From NCBI GenBank assembly GCA_039715015.1, contig JBDLIE010000064.1, positions 1 through 14,142 on the forward strand: a stretch of DNA of 14,142 nucleotides, given 5' to 3'. Origin of the DNA: Thermodesulfobacteriota bacterium. GTDB lineage: Bacteria > Desulfobacterota > Desulfobulbia > Desulfobulbales > SURF-16. Made by a program: the position numbers and the translations under genes. Numbering within the stretch: the first letter of the stretch is position 1; each line of letters opens with the position of its first letter. This document shows positions 1 to 7,037 of this stretch, piece after piece. The notes beneath the pieces are model-generated. The model was not told where the DNA came from. It worked only from the letters and a program-made list of their open reading frames with translations, and did not search any database.

Positions 1-153
1 TTTTGGGCAAGCAAAAATGAACGAAACAACATTCGAAGCAAGAAAAACAATACAAACAACAGACCTTCCCACGGTAATCCGTGATGAACCTTTTTTTATG
101 GCTCATCATCGCATACCGTTTTCCCGGTTTCCCATCCAGCCCTGCAATGAGCA

Positions 154-196
154 CCCTTCGACAAGCTCAGGGGACGGGCTCTGAGCCGTTGAAGGG
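154..196. repeat. REP-like imperfect inverted repeat (CCCTTCGACAAGCTCAGGG ... CTCTGAGCCGTTGAAGGG)
   Basis: Arms 154-172 and 179-196 are imperfect reverse complements in intergenic DNA. The left arm resembles a widespread bacterial intergenic repeat (recognised from memory). Confidence 0.6.
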
Positions 197-311
197 CATT
201 CGACTCCATGTGGAAATGGAATAAAGAACCATGGCTACGGCTCTTAAATATTATGGAAGTGTTATTCATCCGCAGTTTTATTTGAGGATTCAGAAAGTAA
301 GGAGGTAGCCT

Positions 312-764
312 ATGGTGAATCGGCGAATTCTTTTCATCCTTTTCTTTGCGCTGACTTTTTTTTCTGGTTGTGCATCCACGGGGACAACCCGGGTTGAGGC
401 CATCAGCGACCTTGGTGACGGCACCATCCTTAATAATCTTACAAAGCAGATGTGGACGAAAAAGAAAACGGTTCGTTTTCATTCCAGTGCGGAAGCTCAG
501 GCCTATGCTGAAAAGGCAGTTGTGGCTGGCTATGATGATTGGCGTCTGCCCACCCTGGATGAATTCCATACCCTCTATTATGCCATTGATTTTGGCCAGG
601 GCAGTGTCAAGAAAACCGGGATCTCATCGGAAGGTGACATCTGGGTGGTACGCGGCAAAGACGGCCAAACCATAGCCGGTGCCTGGGAAAAAGAAGATAC
701 CTGCTGTATCAGCCGTAGTTTTATGGAAAGCAAATCTGGCCGGCTGTGGTTGGTGAGGCCGTAA
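312..764 (+). CDS. Lipoprotein with DUF1566 (Lcl C-terminal-like) domain
   Basis: AGGAGG RBS at 300-305; signal peptide with lipobox FSG-C20; DUF1566-like motifs GDGTI..MW, AQAYA, GYDDWRLPTLDE and terminal WLVR. Confidence 0.8.
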   Translation: MVNRRILFILFFALTFFSGCASTGTTRVEAISDLGDGTILNNLTKQMWTKKKTVRFHSSAEAQAYAEKAVVAGYDDWRLPTLDEFHTLYYAIDFGQGSVKKTGISSEGDIWVVRGKDGQTIAGAWEKEDTCCISRSFMESKSGRLWLVRP

Positions 765-799
765 GGTTTTCCTCTTTCAAAATCCGACCCAAAAATGGG

Positions 800-892
800 C
801 ATAAAAATACCATGCTGGCTTTCCTCCTCTGCGTGTTTTGTCGGATAACTTAACGTGAGCAGAGGGCTGATGACCAGCATGGTATTTTTATG
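800..892. terminator. Long nested hairpin between convergent genes (bidirectional terminator-like, or structured RNA)
   Basis: Perfect 19-bp inverted repeat 800-818/874-892 with A5/T5 tracts in its arms, plus an inner 7-bp stem 826-832/859-865; lies between the stop codons at 764 (+) and 913 (-). Confidence 0.5.
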
Positions 893-912
893 TGTCGTTC
901 TGAAGCGAAAAG

Positions 913-2382
913 CTATTTGTTTTTGATCACCACATAGCGACTATGGGGGCCGCGTTGGGCCAGAAGAAGGATTCTTTTGGCCTTCTTGGTTTGAGCAAGG
1001 AGCTTGCTGAATGTTTCCATGTCGGTCACCGGATTCTGGTTGATCTCGGTGATGAGATCACCACGTTTGAGCCCTGCCATGGCTGCCGGACTGCCATGTT
1101 CGACATTGGCGACCAGCACGCCGCCGGTTGCCTTGTCGATCTGCATGGACTCAGCAAGTTCAGGTGTCAACTCTTGAACGGTCATGCCCAGTGAAGCAGT
1201 TTCAGCTTCAGCCTCAGTGCTGAGGTCGTCATGGCCTTTGAGTTTGCCAATGGTGACTTTGATTGTCTTTTCTTTACCCTTTCTATACACCGTGACCTTT
1301 GCCTTTTCTCCCACGGCAGTCTGGGACACCAAGGTGGGCAACATGGTCATCTCTGAGATTTCCTTGTCCATAAAACGGATGATAATATCGCCTTGGAGGA
1401 TACCGGCCTTGGCGGCCGGGCTCTCTTTTTCAACCTGGCCGACCAGGGCGCCGTAAGGGCGCTCCAGTCCAAATTGTTCGGCAATGTCTTGATTCACCGT
1501 CTGGATGCGAACCCCGAGCCAACCGCGGGTTACCCGGCCGCTGTCTTTTAGCTGGGTCATGACATTTTTGGCCATGTTCACCGGAATGGCAAAGCCAATA
1601 CCGATATTGCCACCGGAACGGGAATAGATGGCTGTGTTAAGACCCACCATCTCGCCATCGAGATTAAAAAGGGGGCCGCCGGAGTTGCCGGGGTTGATGG
1701 AGGCGTCGGTTTGGATGAAGTTATCGTAGGCACCGCCGCCCAAGGTCCTGCCCTTGCCACTGACAATGCCTGCGGTCACGGTCTGCTCAAAGCCAAAGGG
1801 GTTGCCAATGGCCACAACCCAGTCACCCACCCGCAGCTTATCGGAGTTGCCAAGTTTCACAAAGGGCAGCTTGCCCTCTGGTTCGATCTTGATGAGGGCG
1901 AGATCGGTCATCTTGTCGCGGCCGATAATCTTTGCCTCATACTCCTTGTGATTAGCAAAACGGATATGGATCTCGTCGGCATTTTCAATCACATGATTGT
2001 TGGTGAGTATATAGCCATCAGCAGAGGTGATAACACCGGAACCAAGACTTGTCCGCTTTTGAGTGCGTGGTTTGCCGTTGCCGTTGCCCTTAGGGTGAGG
2101 ACGGCCAAAAAAATGTTCAAAAAGATCTGGGAGCTGTTGGGGCCCGCCATTGAAGTTGAATTGAGGGTGGGGAGAGGCCTTCACAGTTTGGGTAGTGTAA
2201 ATGTTGACTACAGTGTCACCATGGGTGGTGACCAAATCTGCAAAGCTTGTCGGCCTGGCGGCCTGGGTCTGGCTATGGAGGCCGCTTGCTAAAAGAGAGA
2301 AAACGGCCAGAAACACGACCAGGTGAAGACGGGAAGTTTGAAATGTGCTGAGCATGGATTTCCGCATACTATTATGCCTCAT
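913..2382 (-). CDS. degP: Periplasmic HtrA/DegP (Do/DegQ/MucD family) serine endoprotease with two PDZ domains
   Basis: N-terminal signal peptide; catalytic triad motifs TNNHVI, TDLALIKI and QTDASINPGNSGGPL; PDZ1 (RGWLGV...SPAAKAGI) and PDZ2 (LGMTV...SPAAMAGL). The start could be 2367 or 2355. Confidence 0.95.
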   Translation of the reverse strand: MRHNSMRKSMLSTFQTSRLHLVVFLAVFSLLASGLHSQTQAARPTSFADLVTTHGDTVVNIYTTQTVKASPHPQFNFNGGPQQLPDLFEHFFGRPHPKGNGNGKPRTQKRTSLGSGVITSADGYILTNNHVIENADEIHIRFANHKEYEAKIIGRDKMTDLALIKIEPEGKLPFVKLGNSDKLRVGDWVVAIGNPFGFEQTVTAGIVSGKGRTLGGGAYDNFIQTDASINPGNSGGPLFNLDGEMVGLNTAIYSRSGGNIGIGFAIPVNMAKNVMTQLKDSGRVTRGWLGVRIQTVNQDIAEQFGLERPYGALVGQVEKESPAAKAGILQGDIIIRFMDKEISEMTMLPTLVSQTAVGEKAKVTVYRKGKEKTIKVTIGKLKGHDDLSTEAEAETASLGMTVQELTPELAESMQIDKATGGVLVANVEHGSPAAMAGLKRGDLITEINQNPVTDMETFSKLLAQTKKAKRILLLAQRGPHSRYVVIKNK

Positions 2383-2429
2383 TGTTAAGGGATTTATATG
2401 GATAAATAATGGTCTTTTGTTTGTAGGAA

Positions 2430-2458
2430 ATAAGACATGGCAATAACCAAAAAGTTCT
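2430..2458 (-). promoter_or_regulatory. ECF (RpoE/AlgU-type) promoter upstream of degP
   Basis: Minus strand AGAACTT-tttggttattgccat-GTCTTAT: GAACTT (2457-2452), 16 nt, TCTTA (2435-2431), about 50 nt before the degP start. Confidence 0.7.
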
Positions 2459-2624
2459 AAGTTTTCCTGCTTTTAAAAAGGTTCAGGACAAGATTCTCTC
2501 AGAATCTGTTACCTTTTTTTACTCTATAGAGGTTGTTAGGGATGTCAACTAGGAAACAAAAGAAAGTGTTGATGTGCCGACAAGGGCAAAGCCTGAAGAA
2601 AACAGCGAAGGGTGGCGTACTTTT

Positions 2625-3509
2625 TTAATGAAAAGCCACCACAACAGTGAGCAGGCGGGAAGAGGACGAATTGTTCAGGTGGGAAAGTTCGTTGGTGTTG
2701 ATGTGGGGATCGACCGGGCCGAAGAGGTGCTGGAAGTCAGCAAGTTGGCTATAGGGCAGGGTGATGAGGAGAGAGTTGCCGTTGATCTGGGTCTTCCATT
2801 GATGGTTGGCAGTAAGTTGCCGAATCAGGGCATGCTGGTAGGCTGTGGATTTTGAATGAACAGTAACCACCAGATCAGGGGAGGTGGTCCCAAAATGTGA
2901 TAGGGATGGATGGGGGGCTGATGGGTAAGACATGTTTGGCGGCCCGCGGGAATCGAGCAGAGAGTTGTGGCCCCCATTAGGCGTACTCTGCTTAACTGAG
3001 GTGAACTGCACTTGAGCCCTCGGTTTGGGGAGTTTGCTATCTTGAGATTTCTGGGCCAAATAGGGAATGCCCGGGTAGTAGTTGATATGGTCCTTGTCAG
3101 CGTCAACCGTCATGGCCTGCATGTTGTTGCTGCCGATACCATTTTTAGCAAGAATCTGCTCACTGTCCACCGGGGAAAGCTGGAGAACAGCAGCGCTGAT
3201 AACGCCGACCACCAGGGTGGCCAGGGCCGATCCAGCAGTCAGTTTATGCTGGGAGATGAAAGAAAACCAGCCCTGAAGTTTGGCAAAGGGTTGCGGGGCA
3301 AGCTTTTCATTAATGCCAATAACAAAATCTGCGGGGACCTTTTGGGCGGGAAAGGCATGGAGGGTATCCAGAGTCTGCTGGAAGAGTTGCAACTCCGCAC
3401 TGCAGGCTGGGCAGGATGCCAGGTGGCCTTTAAAGCTACGCGCCATTTTAAGGGAAATTTCATCATCGATAAAATCGGAGAATTGGTCTTGGCAGTCTGT
3501 ACAATTCAT
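2625..3509 (-). CDS. Membrane-anchored zinc-binding anti-sigma factor (zf-HC2/ZAS)
   Basis: N-terminal MNC...SDFIDDE...HLASCPAC (HxxxCxxC); single TM segment LTAGSALATLVVGVISAAVLQL; extracytoplasmic C-terminal region; directly downstream of an ECF sigma. Confidence 0.9.
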   Translation of the reverse strand: MNCTDCQDQFSDFIDDEISLKMARSFKGHLASCPACSAELQLFQQTLDTLHAFPAQKVPADFVIGINEKLAPQPFAKLQGWFSFISQHKLTAGSALATLVVGVISAAVLQLSPVDSEQILAKNGIGSNNMQAMTVDADKDHINYYPGIPYLAQKSQDSKLPKPRAQVQFTSVKQSTPNGGHNSLLDSRGPPNMSYPSAPHPSLSHFGTTSPDLVVTVHSKSTAYQHALIRQLTANHQWKTQINGNSLLITLPYSQLADFQHLFGPVDPHINTNELSHLNNSSSSRLLTVVVAFH

Positions 3510-3579
3510 AAGAGTTTACGGGGGTTAAATTTCTCTTTCTTTGCCTATACCTAAAAAAGGGGGGAAGTTTGTACCTTTT

Positions 3580-4224
3580 TTATAGCGTGGAGTAGACGCG
3601 TTTTAGCTTATTTTTTAAACTTGTCCTGGCTCGGCTTAATTTCGACTTCACCGTGCCCAGGGGTATACCCAAAATTTCGCCAATCTCATCGTAGGGTAAC
3701 CCCTGCAGGTCTCGAAGCATGAGGATCTCTTTTTCTGCATCGTTCATGGTGGCAATGGTGTCACGAACGAGATTAATGATCCGCTGTTGCTCCAGTTCCT
3801 TTTCAGGGGTCTCACCACCAGCAATCTGCAACGAAGATTGGTCATCATCCAATGACTTATTGGTAAAATAACCTCTTCGTTTAAGGCGCTTATACCGGTT
3901 GCGGCAGTGGTTCAACCCTATCTGGTAAAGCCAAGCGCCAAACTTGGTGTCGTCACGTAATTTTGGCAGGGCTTTATAGGCGGTAACAAAGACGTCCTGG
4001 GCCAAGTCCTTGGCCTCTTCGTCGTTTTTCACATAATTAAAAGCCAGGTTGTATATTCTGCTTTGATAGAGCAGGACCAAGCGGTTAAAGGCCTGCTTGT
4101 CTCCCTGGCGTACAGCCCTGACAAGGACTGTGGTCTCGCTCGGAGCATCATCCCCTTCATCTTGAGCATTTACGCTGAAGGCGACGATGAATATAAGAGG
4201 TGCAAGGAGATAGAAAAGTTCCAT
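3580..4224 (-). CDS. ECF sigma-70 family RNA polymerase sigma factor (RpoE/SigW-like)
   Basis: Region 2 (GDKQAFNRLV...AKDLAQDVF...FGAWLYQIGLN) and region 4 (LRDLQGLPYDEIGEILGIPLGTVKSKLSRAR). ATG 4224 is the last in-frame ATG before the domain; the 4497 start is considered an overextension. Confidence 0.92.
   Translation of the reverse strand: MELFYLLAPLIFIVAFSVNAQDEGDDAPSETTVLVRAVRQGDKQAFNRLVLLYQSRIYNLAFNYVKNDEEAKDLAQDVFVTAYKALPKLRDDTKFGAWLYQIGLNHCRNRYKRLKRRGYFTNKSLDDDQSSLQIAGGETPEKELEQQRIINLVRDTIATMNDAEKEILMLRDLQGLPYDEIGEILGIPLGTVKSKLSRARTSLKNKLKRVYSTL
4193..4222 (-). promoter_or_regulatory. ECF promoter motif overlapping the sigma start codon
   Basis: Minus strand GGAACTT (4222-4216), 17 nt, TCTTA (4198-4194). 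It shares GAACTTTT and TCTTAT with the degP upstream motif. Confidence 0.6.
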
Positions 4225-4327
4225 AAAAAAATGATGTGAAAAGAAATTGTGAAGTGAATTGTTTGGCAGATACCTTTTGCCCTTAAAACAATGCTGGAAA
4301 CCATCAGGATAAGGGCGAAAGCCACAA

Positions 4328-4358
4328 ATTATAATCCGCAAACTACACGGTAATACAA
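4328..4358 (-). promoter_or_regulatory. Possible sigma70 promoter for the ECF sigma gene
   Basis: Perfect TATAAT (4333-4328, minus) with TTGTAT 19 nt upstream. The spacing is suboptimal. Confidence 0.3.
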
Positions 4359-4548
4359 TAAAACTTGAAAAAATGATAGCAAAAGCAGGAGGAGAGGCCG
4401 TGTTAGATTTAATTATACGGCCAAAAAAAGAGGCTGAAAGGGAAAAAAATGGAATTTTCAGCGAAACTCTGGCAAGGTGCGTATGGATTTTCTGCATGGG
4501 GCCAACAGGCTGTCCAGGGCGCCTCTTTAAAGTTTTGCGGAGTGAAAT

Positions 4549-4908
4549 ATGGAAGCGATTATCGAAGAGTTAAAGAAAATAGTCAGCTTTAAGTCGACCA
4601 CCGATGTCGGTGATGTGGTGCTGGTGGTGGCTGCAGAACCTAATTCCATGATCTACGCCCTTGTCACCGATTTTGAACGTGATGAGAGTAAACGTGATGA
4701 GTGGTGGCATGTCTCCTTGCAGATTTTGAGTGTGCCGCCCCAAAAAGTAACATGGACCTTGCGTGCCTCTCAGTTTACCGGCCAGGAGATTTTTACCATG
4801 GGTGGTGAAAAAAGATTTGTGGCGGCGGTTGATTTCGATGGAAAAGCAATTGTCCCTCCCCCCCCCAAGGGCAAAGAGAGCAAGCCCTCCTTGCGTCTTG
4901 TCAAATAA
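4549..4908 (+). CDS. Hypothetical protein with proline-rich linker and SspB-like C-terminal LRLVK motif
   Basis: GGAG RBS at 4539-4542; first gene of the plus-strand run; globular beta-rich-looking body followed by PPPPKGKESKPSLRLVK. Confidence 0.8.
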   Translation: MEAIIEELKKIVSFKSTTDVGDVVLVVAAEPNSMIYALVTDFERDESKRDEWWHVSLQILSVPPQKVTWTLRASQFTGQEIFTMGGEKRFVAAVDFDGKAIVPPPPKGKESKPSLRLVK

Positions 4909-4919
4909 CGATTCGTACG

Positions 4920-5189
4920 ATGCCCAAAGAATCTCCATATAACTGTGAGGTCGTGCTGGCTAACAGCCATGGTCTCCATGCCAGGCCAGCCACTCTCCTG
5001 GTGGAAAAGGCTCAGGAGTTCAAATCAGAAATTTTTATTATGGCTAACGGTAGAAAGGCGGACTGCAAGTCCATTCTTGACATTTTAAGCTGTGGCTGCC
5101 CGTCAGGAACGAAAATATTCTTAAGCGCCACCGGTCCTGACAGGAAAGAGGCCGTAATCGCTCTCAGGAACCTTATTGGTGAGCTGTAA
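4920..5189 (+). CDS. ptsH: HPr family phosphocarrier protein
   Basis: GLHARPA phospho-His motif, KSIL Ser46-equivalent motif, 89 aa, adjacent to enzyme I. Confidence 0.93.
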   Translation: MPKESPYNCEVVLANSHGLHARPATLLVEKAQEFKSEIFIMANGRKADCKSILDILSCGCPSGTKIFLSATGPDRKEAVIALRNLIGEL

Positions 5190-5246
5190 CTGTGAAGTTG
5201 GCCGCGATGATTTGCCGCTTTTCCACCTCCCATACCAGGTAAGAAG

Positions 5247-7037
5247 ATGAAAGAAGTCCAGACCCAGATTGATTCCCGGAAGCTCCATGGTGTTGCTGCG
5301 TCTCCGGGTATAGCCATTGGCCGGGCTCTTGTTCTTGTTGACCAGCAATGGGGCCGGACAAGGAGGCTGAAGAGTTCGGATGAGGTGGGTCTTGAAGAGG
5401 CAAGATTGGCAGCAGCTGTTGCCGGTGCCCGCCAGGGGCTGCTCAAGTTAAAAGAAAGATGCGATGAAGATCTTGCGCAATTTATACCCATTATTGACAG
5501 TCATCTCCTCATCCTTGGCGACCCGATGCTGGTTGACCGAGCCCGGGTTCTTATCTCTGAGAGGATGGTCTGTGTCGAGATGGCTCTCCAGGAGTCCCTT
5601 GCCGAGCTTGAGGAGAAACTCGCAGGCTTAAATGACCAGTATTTGAGGGAAAGAGCTGCAGATGGCCGCCATGTTGCTAACCTGATTATGAAAGAGCTGT
5701 TTGGTGGTGGAGAAGAGCCGGACCAAGATGAACCAATCATCCTGGTTGGCCATGATTTCTCCCCTGAAGACGTTCTTTCCATGGACAGCAGGCTGGTCCT
5801 CGGCTTTGTCAACGAGCAGGGAGGCGTCACTGGTCATACTGCTATTGTCGCCCGGACCGTGGCCACTCCGGCGGTGGTGGGTTGTCCTGATCTCTGTCAA
5901 GAGGTGGTGAGTGGCGATCTCCTGGTGGTGGACGGTAATAGCGGCCTGGTTGTGGTCAACCCTGATCAAAGAGAACTGGCAACCTATCAGGAAAGGAAGA
6001 AGCAGTTTGAGCTTTACAGTGAGCAGATGAGTTTTTTTGCCCATCTGCCAGCCGAGACCAAGGATGGCAGAAAGGTTGCTGTGGAAGCCAATTTGGAGAT
6101 GCTTGAAGAGATAGAGCTGGCCTTGCAATATGGCGCTTCTGGCATAGGTCTTTTTCGCAGCGAATTTTATTACCTCACCCAGGATGGCCCCCCTCAGGAA
6201 GAGCTTCTGGTCTCAATCTATGAGCACCTTCTGGCCAGCATGAGTCCCTTCCCTGTCACGGTTCGTACCCTTGATATTGGCGGTGACAAACAGGTGAAAG
6301 GTCATCACAGCCGCCATGAAAAAAATCCTGCCCTGGGCCTGAAGGCCATCCGTCTTTCTCTTCGCAAGCCGGACCTTTTTAAAACCCAGCTCCGTGCCCT
6401 GTTTAGGGCTTCTGAGCATGGCAAGTTGCGGATTATGTTTCCAATGATCACCTCCTATTGCGAACTGCTGGAGGTCAAGGAGGTTGTGGCCCAGGTGCGC
6501 GCAGAGCTCCGGAGCCAGGGCCTGCCCAGCGGCGATGACATTGAGATCGGCATGATGGTGGAGGTGCCCAGTGCTGTGGCCGTTGCTGACACCCTGGCCA
6601 AAGAGGTTGATTTTTTTAGTATTGGTACCAATGATCTCATCCAGTATGCCATGGCGGTTGATCGGGTTAACGAGCAGGTGGCCCATATGTATAACCCTCT
6701 CCATCCCGCTGTGTTGCGAATGATTGCCCAGGTGGTCGAGGCCGGTCATGATGCAGGGATCGAGGTTGGTCTCTGTGGCGAGATGGCCGGAGATGTGGAT
6801 GCCCTGCCTATTTTACTTGGCCTTGGCCTTGATACGCTTAGTATGCACCCCCTGGCCATTCCCTATGTGAAAAAGATGGTTAGAAAGACCGTTTCAGATG
6901 AGGCTGAGATGCTGGCGGTAGATCTATTGGAGTGCCCCTCTGCTGTGGTTCTGCAGGAAAGGCTCAAGGGGCATCTTGAGAAATTTTATCCCCACGCATC
7001 AGAGAGCGAGCCGTGGCTGGCAGGGGAGAGGGCATGA
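5247..7037 (+). CDS. ptsI: Phosphoenolpyruvate-protein phosphotransferase (PTS enzyme I)
   Basis: GVAASPGIAIG, YLRERAAD, GGVTGHTAIVAR (phospho-His), GIGLFRSE, RTLDIGGDK, EKNPALG, DFFSIGTNDLIQY, LCGEMAGD. No N-terminal GAF domain. Confidence 0.96.
   Translation: MKEVQTQIDSRKLHGVAASPGIAIGRALVLVDQQWGRTRRLKSSDEVGLEEARLAAAVAGARQGLLKLKERCDEDLAQFIPIIDSHLLILGDPMLVDRARVLISERMVCVEMALQESLAELEEKLAGLNDQYLRERAADGRHVANLIMKELFGGGEEPDQDEPIILVGHDFSPEDVLSMDSRLVLGFVNEQGGVTGHTAIVARTVATPAVVGCPDLCQEVVSGDLLVVDGNSGLVVVNPDQRELATYQERKKQFELYSEQMSFFAHLPAETKDGRKVAVEANLEMLEEIELALQYGASGIGLFRSEFYYLTQDGPPQEELLVSIYEHLLASMSPFPVTVRTLDIGGDKQVKGHHSRHEKNPALGLKAIRLSLRKPDLFKTQLRALFRASEHGKLRIMFPMITSYCELLEVKEVVAQVRAELRSQGLPSGDDIEIGMMVEVPSAVAVADTLAKEVDFFSIGTNDLIQYAMAVDRVNEQVAHMYNPLHPAVLRMIAQVVEAGHDAGIEVGLCGEMAGDVDALPILLGLGLDTLSMHPLAIPYVKKMVRKTVSDEAEMLAVDLLECPSAVVLQERLKGHLEKFYPHASESEPWLAGERA

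Noticed and set aside
17..184. 55-codon plus-strand ORF (MNETTFEARK...)
   Set aside because: No RBS or recognisable motif, and it ends inside the palindromic repeat.
96..569. 157-aa minus-strand ORF
   Set aside because: Antisense to the well-supported lipoprotein and runs through the repeat; no motifs.
578..880. 100-aa minus-strand ORF
   Set aside because: Starts inside the hairpin, overlaps the lipoprotein antisense and has no protein-like features.
3545..3570. AAACTT-N14-GTATAG (minus) before the anti-sigma as a further ECF promoter
   Set aside because: The -10 does not match the TCTTA seen in the other motifs, and the spacing is off.
4225..4497. N-terminal 91 codons of the 305-aa sigma ORF
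   Set aside because: AT-rich, low-complexity translation of the divergent promoter region; ECF sigmas are about 200 aa.
7013..7033. Upstream start for thiL at 7013
   Set aside because: ATG 7034 has a purine-rich RBS and an ATGA overlap with the ptsI stop, and fits the usual ThiL N-terminus.
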